A stretch of DNA of 64,000 nucleotides from positions 69,442,001 through 69,506,000 of the forward strand of contig CM052817.1 of assembly GCA_028534125.1 (NCBI GenBank). Direction: 5' to 3'. The translations under genes were made by a program, and so were the position numbers. Positions 47,931 through 61,309 of the stretch are shown piece by piece. The notes below the pieces were generated by a model. That model saw only the letters and a list, made by a program, of their open reading frames with translations, searched no databases and was not told the DNA's origin. The DNA comes from Lama glama (Eukaryota). The first letter of the stretch is position 1. Each line of letters starts with the position of its first letter.

Positions 47931-50900
47931 GAAAATAGTGAGGGGAACAACAAGATCAGAGTGGATCTTTTATTAGTGATAAACTTGATTGAATAAATTG
48001 GGTGAAGCCAGATTTTGTAGATCTTTGCTTTGAAAGCTAGTAAGTTTTATTTTATCCTGAGGTCAAAATAGTCATCGAAGATTTTTTATCAGGGAGGTAA
48101 TGTACTGAAACTAGTGTTGAAACTTGGTTTGAATGGAAAGGAGGTATGAACAAACCACTTCACTGGTTTCCAAATCTGTTCAACCAGAACAAACCTAAAA
48201 CATCAAAATATTCACTAAAATAAACTAACACTGCTTTCGACTCATTCATTCATCTGGTTGCCATCTATTGAGCACCTACTGTGTGCAAAGTTATCTGCTC
48301 AATTCATTTTTCCATTATCCGGCAAATTACTGGTGACGTATAATTTCACTGTTCCTTAACTGAGAGTCATCAAATCCTAGTCTCAACACTCTAGGTGAGA
48401 ACTGTGGAAGAACCTCTCTATATTTATGGCAGTCATTTTTAAAATTGAGTAATAATGGGTAACTGTTAATGGGCATCAACTGCCTTTGTTCACAGAAAAC
48501 AAATTGAAGATGACAGTAGCATCTCATTGTAATCTTGTTCAGTGCATTTGTTTTCCTCATTCAATTTTCATCCCTTGATCAATTATAGAATTTACTCTAA
48601 GAAATGATGATCTGTAAAACTAAATCAAAAAGGCAAGTTTGGGGATGTTCTTTAAAGCTCTTCTTACTCAAAACCCAGCAGATTTATTTTATCAAATAAT
48701 TTTGCCTCTAGGGTAAAAGTGAGTATTGTTTTGTTCTTTGTCAGTATATAATTCTTCAGCAGAATCAAGCTGTTTCTGTAATTAAACAAGCAAAAGACAT
48801 AAGCAATAGAATGAAGAAATTATACTTTAGAATAGAAACTAGTAAGTGACTTAGAATTCTTAGGTATTCTAGTCATCAACTACAAAAGATTCATAGGTTT
48901 ACAGAGTCAAATGGATTCAGTTAGAAATCAAAGATCTGGCCTCCAGCCTAACAACTGGAGCATTAAAAAGAATTCTGATGACTTTATAAATTGTAAATAT
49001 ATCTGCTTTCCATAATTCCCGTACTCCATTCTCATGAAACTTTAAATAAATATTTCAGTCTAGCAAAATCCACTAGAGAAAATCATAAGCTAATATTCAA
49101 TTCGATTCTAATTAGATCCTAAGATTCAAGATGAGTTTTTGCTTCAAAGTACATTTCCCATCCAAAAATAGAGTTTTCCTTTAAGGGGTCTTCTCCCACC
49201 TGGACAGCAGTTGGTATTCTAGTGTAAATCTCTTGCTACAGAAATCTTAAGTGCTATTTCATTCTCCTTTACCTCATCCTCAAGCGGGAAAATCTACTCT
49301 GAATCCAAAGGTCAGGAAACAGAGAGAACTACACTGGATGCAGTCAACTTTAACTTCATGATTGCATCTGTTATTTAATAGGCAATACTGACTTCATCAT
49401 CCACTGTAGTTCTTGACCCAGAATGGCTCTCTAGATACTCACAATTTTGTTTCTAGTATCTGTTTTAGGATGCAAATGAAAAAGACAATGAACACTTGAT
49501 CATATGGCATGGTAAAGGAATGGGATGTTTCACTTAATTAAATGACTAAGCTAATATAGCACTGCAATATGTACTAATAAGTGCAATGACATAGAATATA
49601 CACTAAAAATTAATATTGATCTAAAGATTTAAAGGGCATTTAAAAATCTTTCAATAATATTACAGTTATTGGACAAATCATTAATCACTTAAAGATAGAC
49701 TGCAACATCAAAAGAAAAAGAAAACCTTTTACTACAGTGTTTGCCTACTGCTGACAAGGCAAATTTCTGAGCAACAACTAGAACTTGTGAGGGTAGAGTA
49801 CACGCAAGTATATCAGTGTGATTGGAGTAAAGGCCAGAAGGTTGGTTATCATTGTGGATAAATTATTAAAGTACAGCCAAAACATTATTGGCCTTGCCTC
49901 TACTTACTTCAAGAAAGACCCTAACTCCTTCCTTCCAGGAAGGCTCCTGAAGATTCCAGGAGGTACACCCAAGAAATACACGTTGATATTCAATATTATG
50001 ACTTCTCTGCTTGTGACAGTTGTCACGGCCCTTCCTTTAAGTGTAAGATTTTTTTCCTCCCAATGTTTCTCTAGGTTAAGGTAAAATACGGAGTAATAAC
50101 TGCTTGATTCCTTTGCCAGCTTTCTCAAAGCCTCTAAAAGATTTCCTCATTCTATGGTGTCAGATGCTCATAAATGATCCTCAAATCAAACAAGCGCCAT
50201 AAGCTACATAGTGATTGGAGTATGGCACCCTCCTGCATTGCTGAGATGGAACCAGGTCTTGTCACGCCTTCTCTAAGACCAGTGCAGTGAGTTGCACTGA
50301 CCTGCTAGGTTTCTCTTCACAAGAGAACAAATGTCTTATGTACTTGGAAACCATGGTGACTGAGTTCTGGAGAAGGGTCACACTTAAGAAAAATTAGTCC
50401 TAACTCTAAGAAATTTAGAAACAACTTCAAAAATTTTAAATTAAGACTATACCCAAACATATAGTACATGTATTAAAATTCTTTTCATTTTCCTCTTTAA
50501 TTCTCTGCCCTAAATTTTCCAGAGGCTAAAACTCCCCCAATATGTAAAATTTATCTGCTCCATTTCTTCTCCACTATCATATCTCCACTGTTCATGCCCA
50601 TAGACAATCTTTATTCATCATGTGCCTACTAAATGTGGCACTCCCCTCCCACACAGCCTATTAAACATGCACTGGGGCCTCCATTAGCACAGTTCTCTTA
50701 AGAATAAGTCACAATTTCAACCCCAGTCAACCCTCTCTTCTCTCCATCCTAGAATCTGAACAATCACAGCTTAATATTATTTCAGTAATTGGATATATTA
50801 GTAATACACTCAATGTGGCAGACTTTGGCCACATTGATGAACATAACCTTTCATACTCATTACTAGGAATCCAAGCTTTTCCAAAATGATTGAATCAATA

Positions 50901-52329
50901 ATTGGTGTGATCACATATTCAGGAATAACAACATGTGCCTATATCCACTTTACCACAACTGCTCTTTTTAATGCTAACTCAGAGGCCACAGGAAAAGGAA
51001 TTTATTTGAAACCTGCTTCATTTAAAACATCTTTTAAAAACTCTTTAAAATGTCCCTTTTCAAGATGTATAGGGAAGGGGAAGAGGGTCATTTAATCTGC
51101 GGCATGAAGAATTTGTCGTGCTGAGAAGATGAAAACGATCTCTGCTTTTCTCAGTATCGTCCATGCATGCAGCTGACTGGCCATCTCCCTCAAAGTAGTT
51201 GATTTGCATGATGAAGTACTTACTTGGCTTTGGTGGGGTTTTTTGAAACTCAAAGGACTTCTTATGTTGAAAAGCTATTTTGTTTGCTTTTGAGTGGAAT
51301 GCATTTATTTGAGGGATGTAAACTTCTGGGAATTGTGGTAAGTTTGAAATCTTAATTCTGCTACATGCTCTTCAATGGGTTGTTTAGTTGGATGATTATA
51401 TTTAGTTTGAGAGTTAATCACCTCAATTGTAACAATTTTTTGAGTACTAATTTCAAATCTAAACTGTTGGTGCATAGTCCAGATATCTGAACACCTCAGG
51501 GACTGCACATAGGGTAATTAGTATGGATTCGTTTTTAGGGATGGGATAGTTTCATTTCTTGCTTGAAGCTATTCATTGGCAGTCATTAGATCCATGGGAA
51601 TGATGTCTGTGTACATTTTAATTTTTATCAAATGCTTTTATGTCATTTATTTTAAGATTACTCATTTACATTGCTAACAATATAATAGTTCGATATAATT
51701 GTACATCTTTCGATGATATCCAAATAGATAACAGATTCCTTACTATGTTATTCAGCAAGAGCAGCTGATTAATGAGTTGGTTCAAGATTTCAGAGAATGA
51801 TCTTGATGAGCTCAACTTTATCATTTAATATTTATTTCAAGAAAGAGAATGATAACAAAGTATTTTAGTTGTCTTTGGAATTTTTTACTATAGTATTTGT
51901 TGCACTAGATTCACTTTTTAAAGAACATCTGATTTTCAAAAGTAAAAGTGAACCTTCATTTAGTCATGTGCTGAAGCGGAGAAGGGAAGTGCTGGCAGGT
52001 GACGGGCACAGAATATTCTGAGCTGAATCCTGAACTGTTTGTTTAACCAGAGGCTATTGATTCCTTGAGAGTCTATCAGAACCTTTTCATGTGTCTTGCC
52101 ACTTGGATGTATCTCTACCTTCCAACTGTACCCAGGGTCTGCAGCTCATAAACAAGAAGTCTAGGGAAGAGTGTTCAGAAATAAGGATAAAAAACTGACC
52201 TGGACCTGGACCAGACTTGATACTAAAGGATGGCATCTGTGGCATGGAATAGGCAGATTCTAAACACTGAACTTCATCCACCACTTTTGCATCAATAGCC
52301 ATAAAAGATCTTCCTATAATTTCCTTACA

Positions 52330-55130
52330 TCAGCATTTCTTCTTGCTTTAGAAGAGTTTAGTATTATCTGCAGATTTGAGATCTTATCGTTAACATATTT
52401 TGCGGTTGTTCCAGCACTGTTTATTGAAAAATCAACCATTGTTCAGGGATCTGTGATGAAATCTGTTCCATATTAGCATAGGATTCTTTGGGAGCTCTCT
52501 ATTCTGTCCTGTTGGTTAATTGTCTCTCCCTGGGACAGTGCTACACTATCTTAATTATTGTTACTGGATAATATGGATAATAACTTATAGTACATGATAG
52601 AGCAAGTCTTCTTGCCTTGTTATACTTCCTCAGCACTGTCTTGACTATTCTTGGGCCTTTTCCCTTCCATACAAATTACAGAATCAATGTGTCAAATATT
52701 TGAACTATAATTGCACTTGTATATTAGTTTAAACCTTTGGCATTGACATTAAACTGTTTTTAGCTGACAAAGATGATACATGGTTCTACCTAACAGACTG
52801 AAAGTGAAAGAAGTAACAGTCTTCTGATAAAGTCTGTACTCATGAACATGATGTATGCTATGGTCTGAAAGTTGGTGTCCCTCCCAAAATGTGTATGTTG
52901 AAATCTTAGGAAGTGGGGCCTTTGGTTGGACAAGGTTGGAACCCTCATAAATGGGATTAGTGCCTTATAGAAGAGACCTCACAGAGATCCTTAGGCCCTT
53001 CCACCACATGAGGACACAGTGAGAAGGCAAATCAGGAAGAGTAACCTTGCCAGAACACAATCATGTTGACTCCTTGATCTTGGACTCCCAGCCTCTAGAA
53101 CTGTGAGAAATAAGTTTCTGTTGTTTATAAGCTGATCAGTCTATGGATAAGCTACACAGTCTATTCTGTTACAGTAGTCCAAACAAAGTAAGACATGTAT
53201 CTGTTCATTTACTTGGGTCTTCTTTAGTATATTTTCAAGGAACTCCTAATTTTTCCATGCAGGACTTGAACATACAAGATTTACTCTTGGACATCTTTTT
53301 CTTTTTTTCTTGTTGCTGTTGTAAATGGTATCTTTTTCTTATTACAGTTTCAGTTTATGCATATGTATAAAAATGCAAATTGATATTTGAATGCTGGCCT
53401 TCTGATCACTTCTTAACCACTTAATGTTCATAATAATTAATCTGCAAATCATTTGTGGTTTTCTCTATAGATAATTACATCATCTATGAAAAAAATATAT
53501 CATTTATCTTTGATGTAAAAATTGATACATGATTTTCGGGGAGGAGGAGAGATTACTATTCCTGGTAAATTGATGTGACATTTTATCTTAAATTAGAAGC
53601 CCAGAGGTTTGAGGGTTGTTTTTGTTTTTTCATTTACAATCAACCTTTTTAATGCAAATGCCTGACTTTTACAAACCAGAAACTTTATGATTCATTTTTA
53701 ACCCAGTCTGATCATCTCTGCATATCATCAGGCAGGTTTAATTGTTTACAGTTCTCTTTGGACTTATTTTGACCATCTATTTTAAATATTTAACTTTTGT
53801 CTTTATCCATTTATTACTATTACTGGTTTCATCCAATTTTCTTCATTTTATTTTTTCTACTCTATATTTTGAAGTTATATATTTTTATTTCTACTAAATC
53901 AGCATTTCTATTGGATTCATCCAATTTTCTTTCATCTACTTTATTCCTAGTGGTTCTGAGTCACATACCTTCTTCCATTTCAATGCAAGGCCCTTGGAAT
54001 GTTTTATTTTAATCATTGCCTCCCAAATTTTATATTATTGTCATTTAGTATTTTAGTTCCATGTTTTAAAATCTCCCCACTAGTTAGACATTATTTTATT
54101 ACATTCTTGTCAATGTTTACTTGGATTACAAATTTCTTTACATGACATGGTTCTTAGTATTCTACTTCTTTATTGATTTCATTCAGAATGAAGATACTTT
54201 AGTAGACTTTCAGAAGGTCTACTACAAACCTTCTCATAAAATTAAATGTGCTTATTTTGCTCCCAGTCTTGAATGATAGTTCGTATGGTTGAGAATTCTA
54301 GCTTGCTGATTGCTTCACCTCAGGACTTCAGACATGTAACTGAATGCTCATCTAATGACCATTGTTAGTATTGCTAATGAGAAATCTGTTGTCAGACTAA
54401 TTGTATTCTTTCTAGAAGAAATCTCTTTATCTCTCTGGATTTTGTTTGGGGTTTCCTGTTTTTATTTTGCTATTTTTGTTTTACCATAATGCGTCATAGT
54501 GTGGGTTTGCATTTTTGTTTGTCTGTTTATATTTTGGGTTTTGTTTTGTTTTTGCTGCTGAAGGCTCATTATGGTTTTTGAACTTGAGAATTCATGCCTT
54601 TCTTCAATTCTGAAAACTTACCAGCCATTACTTCATGGAAAACTTTTTTTCCCCTAAATCCTTTATTTTCTCTTTATGAAATACATCGTTGTATTTATTT
54701 ATTCCATATTTTTAGTATTTTAACATCTCTCATAATATTTAAAATCATTTTATTTCTTTGTAATGCATTCTGGGCAGTTTACTCAGCTGCATCTTTCAGT
54801 TCTCTGATTCACATTTTAATTGACATTAATTTGCTAATGACCTCATCCACTGAACTTATTTTTTATAATTGTATTTTATACATCTAGAGGTTCAATTTGG
54901 TTCTCCTTCAGAACAGTGTGATTTTTTCAAGCAGCCTTGATGTTATTATTTTTTATATTTTCCTTTATCATTTTATCATTTTAAACATATTTACTTTCTA
55001 GTCTTTTTCAGATTGTTTTTTGGTCTTCAATTTGGGGATAGCTAATCCTCTTGAGAATAATGTCTGCTAACTCTATTTCACAGTGTATCTTTTCTCAAGC
55101 TCTTTGAAACACTCTTATTATGAGTTTATG
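52330..55130 (-). mobile_element. Ancient L1M(E) ORF2/ORF1 remnants
   Basis: T-rich. GTTCCAGCACTGTTTATTGAAAA; TCTTGACTATTCTTGGGCCTTT; GCTAATGAGAAATCTGTTGTCAGACTAATTG. Confidence 0.75.
52856..53195 (+). mobile_element. MLT1A-type solo LTR inserted in L1M
   Basis: TGCTATGGTCTGAA...ATGGGATTAGTGCCTTATAG...CCAGCCTCTAGAACTGTGAGAAATAA...TAAGACA. Flanked by (A)TGTA repeats. Confidence 0.92.
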
Positions 55131-56689
55131 TTCAGTGGTCCTTGTTTGTCCTGTGGTAGTTGTATTTTTCATATCTTTTCATAACTATATTGTAAGCTCC
55201 TTAAATATAGATATTTTATCTCATAGACCTTCTCATTTCTGTGCACCTAATAGGTAGTAAATATTTAAATGAATTAATGCTCTGAATTTTACCTCTCAAA
55301 CCAGACCGCAAATTTACTGAGGAAAGATATATTTTTTGTTCCTTTGATTCCTTCTCAGACCTTTCCCACCTCAAAATCTCTTCACTGAGTATTATCAGCA
55401 AGTTATTGAAAATATTTACAAAATGTGTAGATCAATAAATAAATGAGTTTGTTAAATTATCTAATGCAGAAGAATAAGAATAACTCTTGGGGACACAAAT
55501 CCTTCCTCAGAAGCCAATTAAAAAGTGCTAAAGGAGATCTGATAAAATTTACGGCAACAAAGTATGGTTGCCACCTGTTTTCAATTATACATTATTATCC
55601 TACATTTCTGTCCCAATTGGGTATTTTACAGTTTCAACTTCTTTATAATAGAAACTGTATGTAAACATAACTATGGTTTTTCATTTTTATTTTTTTGCAC
55701 ATTAGTGCATAGCTGCCATGTCAACAGTTGAAAATACTGTTAACAAATAAGTGTATCAGTCCTGGGGGGATCTCTCCCAAGGATAATAATAAAATGTGAG
55801 AAAAGCACTTTTTTTAAGTTAAAAACCATCACCTCATTTGGTCTCCATATTTCTGAATATAAAGGAGTTATAAGATCTTAAGAATCAAAGACTTATCCAT
55901 TCAGAAACTTGTATTATGCCTTGGAGCCACAAAGATGAATAATCAAAATTCATCTCCAAGATTCACTGTCTCTTAGGAAAAGCAGACACACTCGCAAGTA
56001 GTTTGTACTGAGAGCTGAGACGGATACGGGCAACATGCTAGGAGACTATGGTGAAGTTAAAAAGAAGGAAAGACTCCATGGAGGAATAAGCCTCAGGCAG
56101 GGAAGATCTGAAAAATGAACAAGATCTGATCTCCAGTTCAGTTATGACAGGGAGTTTCACGTTTATGAATAAGCTGTTTTTGGATGTGATATGGGGAAAT
56201 GTCTATGCCACTTATTCTACATATTGTGTGGCCTTCCTGGTCGACTTAGGAAAGCTGAATAGTGTTTACACCTATTGCTAAAGGTGAATTATGTGTATAT
56301 GGAGCATGGATTCACTGAGCTGCAGTCAAACTTACCTAACCGAAGTGACAAGAAGCCCTCAGACTTCCAAAGAATCTAGTAGTTGATCCCTCCTTCCCAG
56401 CAGAATTGCTTTAAATTTTCCTTCTGCCGAGATAAAGTAAAAAGTGTTTGATGTTTGAATGAGAGACCTTCTGCCTAAGGTAAGACAAATAACTCATCGT
56501 GGCACCAAAATCCTGATACTGACCTCGGAAGAAGTCTCTTATCACCAATTCTCTGGCTGTAGGATCCTGTTTCTTTGTCTTGCTTTCTGGGTTGTTTTCT
56601 GGAGGGTTCACTGTTTTGTTTTTAATATATAAGAACTATTTTTTGGAGAAGAGGTAGGGTAGAGAAAAATAAGGAGATTTTTGTGATTA

Positions 56690-57290
56690 AAAGTCACTCC
56701 AGGAAGAAAAGTCATAAATGCAAAAGATCTGATGCTTAGAGACCAAGGCTGGAGTTCAAATTAGAGTGCTCTAAGCAACCAGTCAGGTGACCTGTTAAGT
56801 CAAGAAAGGTCCTGATGCTATAATCTGTATGCTATAAAAATGTTGTAACGATTCATTCATTAGTTTATAGGCTAGGCTACCATGAAGACTGTATTAGGCT
56901 ACATAAAGAATTATATTGCTGCTTCTTTGTTATCAGTGCATGAATCATTATACCTGTAAATAAATACGAATTTTTCCAACAAAAGAAAGTTTAAAGAAAG
57001 AAAAAGAAAAAAAGGTCCTGATGGCCTTGTGTGCCACACAGGGAGATCTGACTTTACCTAATAGACAATGTGGAGCCATTGAAATGTTTTGAGCCAAAAG
57101 GTAATAATGACATAGCAAACATTAGGTTGAGGTAGGAGATAGGTAAACCATAAGTGAATTCAATTAGAAATTGTCATAGTAGTCCAGAAAGGAAATTACG
57201 TTGGTCTTGACTATGGTAGTAGTAGGAGGTATGGAGACTGGTACATTGCTTCAGAAGATGTGGAGAAGATACACTCATTGAGACTTGAAT
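56690..57290 (-). mobile_element. L2 fragment (host of the 56818-57010 insert)
   Basis: GGCCTTGTGTGCCAC...GACTTTACCTAATAGACAATGTGGAGCCATTGAAATGTTTTGAGC. Confidence 0.7.
56818..57010 (+). mobile_element. Polyadenylated retrocopy of a Tigger2-like internal (transposase 3' UTR) sequence
   Basis: Perfect 13-bp TSD AAAGGTCCTGATG at 56805-56817 and 57011-57023. AATAAA at 56959-56964, then an A-rich tail. Body resembles Tigger2 internal sequence from recall. Confidence 0.7.
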
Positions 57291-57444
57291 TTCAGAAGTT
57301 ATTTATTTTTAGCCTCGTATCTCATTTCTTCTTTACCAATTACCAGTGTTACTCAGTGTACTTTCACACCTTTCAACTCTAGTTTCTTAGGAATCTGTTT
57401 TTGAGAAGTACTGACTACTTTTGTTGTGAGAGTTTTCTGGGGGT

Positions 57445-57478
57445 TTGTGTGCGTGTACGTGTGCGTGTGTGTGTGTGT
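57445..57478. repeat. Imperfect (TG)n microsatellite
   Basis: Seen directly. Confidence 0.9.
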
Positions 57479-58296
57479 TTTACCCATGTGACAGGCAGAG
57501 AAGTAGATAGAAATGTACATGAGGAGGTAAATGTGATGGTGTCAATGCACATTTATTTAAGTAGCTTGAATTGGCTATAGGCATCTGACCTCAGGAAATT
57601 GTATCAAGCATTCTATCTGTCCTCCTACCTCTAGGAAAAATTGCACCCAGAGGATTCCTCCAGAGCTTGAGTAAGAGAAATCTCCAGTCTCATAATTTAC
57701 CCACCCCCAGGAAATGAGAGAATAGGAAATTTACAGACATAGGCCAGACACCTCACCTTATTGATACTTCTTTCCAGAAAGAACCTAAGGGATCTGGGTC
57801 CTTTTATTCCTTAGGGATTATGACAGGTTCCTCCATTTAGGAATGAAATATACAACACAATTTATTTCTAAAATGCAGCATCCTGGATTATGCAATGTCA
57901 CCACTAAAACTTGTACCTTGCCATTAAAATACTTTCACAACGCCTCAAATCCTTCTTTTATTATTTTGATTAAAAACTGGAAACATTTGAATCACTTTTC
58001 TCAGGTGATTTTTTTTTCTTCTTCTCTCTTCTGGCTTTCCCCTTAACTTAGGATAACCCAGAAGAGCACTCTGATTTCTTTTAAGTCACCCTCCAACATT
58101 TCCGCCCTTCTCTGGGCTCCATTAGGATCCCCGGGAGGTGGGAGTATCTACCTGACTTTTATTTTTTATTTTACACTGGTACCAATATTTCCTTCATATA
58201 AAACAAGTCAGAAGTTTTGACCAGACTAAAACATTGAAATGATGGCATCAAGTTTGGTAAACTGAACTAATTTGTTGAATCTCTTAGGGAAAAAAA

Positions 58297-58317
58297 GAGA
58301 GAGAGAGAGAGAGAGAA
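58297..58317. repeat. (GA)n microsatellite
   Basis: Seen directly. Confidence 0.9.
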
Positions 58318-58512
58318 TCCTTTCTCCAAAAATGATGATCCATGCTTTCCTAAGAAAACTTTTGAGACAGTTGTCACATCACCAGTCCCTACTTTGGTCA
58401 CACAAAAACCTCACAAAAGCTCTGCTCATGTGGTTTTGTGGCTAAATTACTGGAAACAAAAGTACTAAAGCCAATTGGCCACAAAGAGAAGAAAATAAAA
58501 CTAGCCACTTAC

Positions 58513-58640
58513 GCCTGAAGTGCCAGCTTCCACCATATGCAGTCCCACAAAAGTCAACAGGGGAAAATCATCAAAGTGAAGCACAACAGAGCTATAATCA
58601 CAGACCCACAGAGATGGGATTTGCTGAAGTTCACCCAAAG
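58513..58640 (-). other. Candidate 128-nt spliced exon (probably non-coding)
   Basis: Minus-strand acceptor GATTTTCATTTTTGTAG and donor GC|GTAAGT. Splice signals only; no homology recognised. Confidence 0.3.
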
Positions 58641-59489
58641 CTACAAAAATGAAAATCACTCTTTTACACAGCTGTCTCCCAGACACTTTAAAGGAATGTA
58701 TTATGATTTGCACTGATCTGATTAGTTTATTTACATATTGCATCTTCCCTTCTGCACAACTCCCGGTAAGCAGGGCCTCCAGTACATTAACAGGAATACA
58801 GTATGGAGTTAGAATAAAACACTGCCAAAAGTCTTTTGTCTTCTCCTATGCAATTAAAACAGCTTGCAAAATATAGTATAGCACCAAAATGAGTTGGCCT
58901 TGTTTACAAAATTACAGATTTTGGGTTTTGCCCCCCCAAATTTTGATAGTTTGTATAATAGATTAGTCCTTAAGTAAACACATACATATACACACCATAC
59001 ACACATGTCTTTAGTAGAAAAGAGGGGAAATTGTAAAGCAATTAGCACACTGTTTAGAAACAGTGCAAAATTACAGGGCATAATTGCCTCACAACTATCA
59101 ATTAAAGCTGTTCACTAGAGTTCAAAGGATGTATAGTAGAAAGAATGAGAAATAGTAGGGCAGACACGTAAATTAGAACATGCTCGTGCACACAAGAGCT
59201 AATGAAAATCAGCCCAAGTCCAAAGAATATCCAGTAGAAGACCTACAAGGAATCAATTAAGTGTGGCCTTTCAACTATCTTTTTGGTAGACTATCAAGTA
59301 GCTTGTTTTTCTTAGGAAACTCTAAGTGTCTAGACATGGCTGGCTTGGGTGTGAGGTGAGCTGGAACCTACAATGTGTGCTGGCAGGGAGAAGGAAGAAG
59401 TCTTTCACAACCAGGATGGAAGGAGAACTAACAGAGCTGCAGAAGCAGTATTATATGGTAGAAATTAAGCACAGCTACAATTTATTTAG

Positions 59490-59632
59490 TACCTATTCCA
59501 CAAATTAGAAAAAATGAATCTTAAAGAGATCAAGAAATTTGCCCAAAAAATTACAAGCTAATAATAAATGACAGTCTGGAATACAAGCCAGGTCTGTATG
59601 ACTCTAACATCCATGTTCTTTCCACTCTGCAA
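59490..59632 (-). mobile_element. MIR fragment
   Basis: AGAGATCAAGAAATTTGCCCAA...CAAGCCAGGTCTGTATGACTCTAACATCCATGTTCTTTCCACT. Confidence 0.7.
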
Positions 59633-60159
59633 TACTGTTACTCATCCCAAAGAGTTTGTTCACGTATTTTACAAATTCTTCTGTTCCCCTGTTAACTGCT
59701 GGAGGCTGGCAATAGGATCCATCCTTAAAGACAAAGAATCATCAGGAGCTGGGTAAGAACTGGTACTCCAATCATCAGCTAGGGTTTAGTGGGAGTACTG
59801 TCCAGTCCAAGAGAGTGAAAGGGGACAGACCAGAGAGTGTGAGACCAAGGTGGAAGCCAGGTTCTATGGGACAGCTGCAACCTGAGATTGACACAGCCAC
59901 CTGGGACCTAATTGAAGTGCCTAGGTTCCAGCCTGATTGTCTGCAGGCATTTGGCAGTGATGAGAAAAGAGAAGGAGAGGCATGTAGTGGCTTAGCATTT
60001 ACAACTAAGAATTGTAGTCACGTGAGGAATTCTTATGTACCTTTACCTTAGTGCAGGAACTGTGAGAATAAATGGGTCAATCTATGCACTAAACTAAAGA
60101 TGTTTCAAGGCAGGAAAGGGTAAATATATGTGTCTAACAAACAATTTTTGTAAACTAAG

Positions 60160-60410
60160 TGCTTCAGTTATTTTTTGCTGTATAACATATCATCTCAAAA
60201 CTTGGTGCCTTAAAAAAACAATAATGTATTATTTCCCATGGCTCCATGAGTTGCCTGGGTTCACAGAATAATGGGGCAGTTATTTTGCACAACACGATAT
60301 AGCTGACTTACTAGACTGATTTCAGTATGGAGCTCAGTTGAGGCTGGGGCAGCCAAGACAGCATCTCACCTTCCAAGGTCTCTCTCATCACTCAGTAGTG
60401 AAGCCCAGTC
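60160..60410 (-). mobile_element. MLT1H/I-like LTR fragment
   Basis: TCAGTTATTTTTTGCTGTATAACATATCATCTCAAAACTTGGTGCCTTAAAA. Confidence 0.7.
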
Positions 60411-60933
60411 TTAAGACTATATGGGTTTAATGGAGCTATATAATTGGCTGCACTTCCTGTCAGTAAAGCTAACTTCTCCAGTTTCCCCTCTTATCTAGTA
60501 ATCTTACCAACACATCTGCCCACAGGACATACCTGTCTTCACACCTGTCTTTACAATGATTAAGGGGAGGCATTTTGAGAAGGAATGGAGGAAATGTCCA
60601 GTCTTGTCACAGCTCCTGGTTAATGCCTCCCAAACAGACGTTGTCTTCTACAACCCTAACAGTAGGAATCAGGATGACTTCCAGGAGAAGTTTTGCAGCC
60701 TGTGCTTCTCCATCTAAGCAAAAGATTAGAACACTGACATTCATATTCTTTCAGCAGGGGATGGGAGAAATATTAGATATTCATTGACTTAGCATGTTCT
60801 CATTGTAAGTTTAAACAGGGAAATCCATAGTTTAATAAAACACTCAAAAGATATGACTCCTGGGTCTACTTTAGCCATTAATTTGCTGTGTGACTTAAAC
60901 ACATCATTTGACCTCTCTGATCCTCAGGATCCT

Positions 60934-61309
60934 TGCTATGGACTGAATGTGTCCCCCATCCCCAAATTCATATGTTGAAGCCCTAACCCTCATTGTGATG
61001 GCATTTGAAGAGTAGTCCTTTGGGAGGTAATTAGGCTTAGATGATGTCATGAGGGTAAGGCTCTTATGATGGTATCAGTGTCTTTACAAGAAGAGGCAGA
61101 GAGAGAAGGATCTTGCTGTCTCCACTGTCGGAGGACACAGCAATAAGGCAGCACTCTGCAAACCAAGAAGAGAGTTCTCACCAGGAATTATTTGGCTGGA
61201 AACTTCAACTTAGACTTCTCAGCCTCCAGCACTGTGATAAATAAATATGTGTTGTTTAAGCTACCCACTCTATGGCATTTTGTTATAGAAGCTCAAGCAG
61301 ACTAAGACA
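60934..61309 (+). mobile_element. Complete MLT1A-type solo LTR inserted in a MIR (about 60850-61360)
   Basis: TGCTATGGACTGAATGTGTCCCC...ACTAAGACA. Perfect 5-bp TSD ATCCT at 60929-60933 and 61310-61314. The MIR core CCTCAG|..TCCTCTTCCATAAAATGAG is split by the LTR. Confidence 0.95.
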
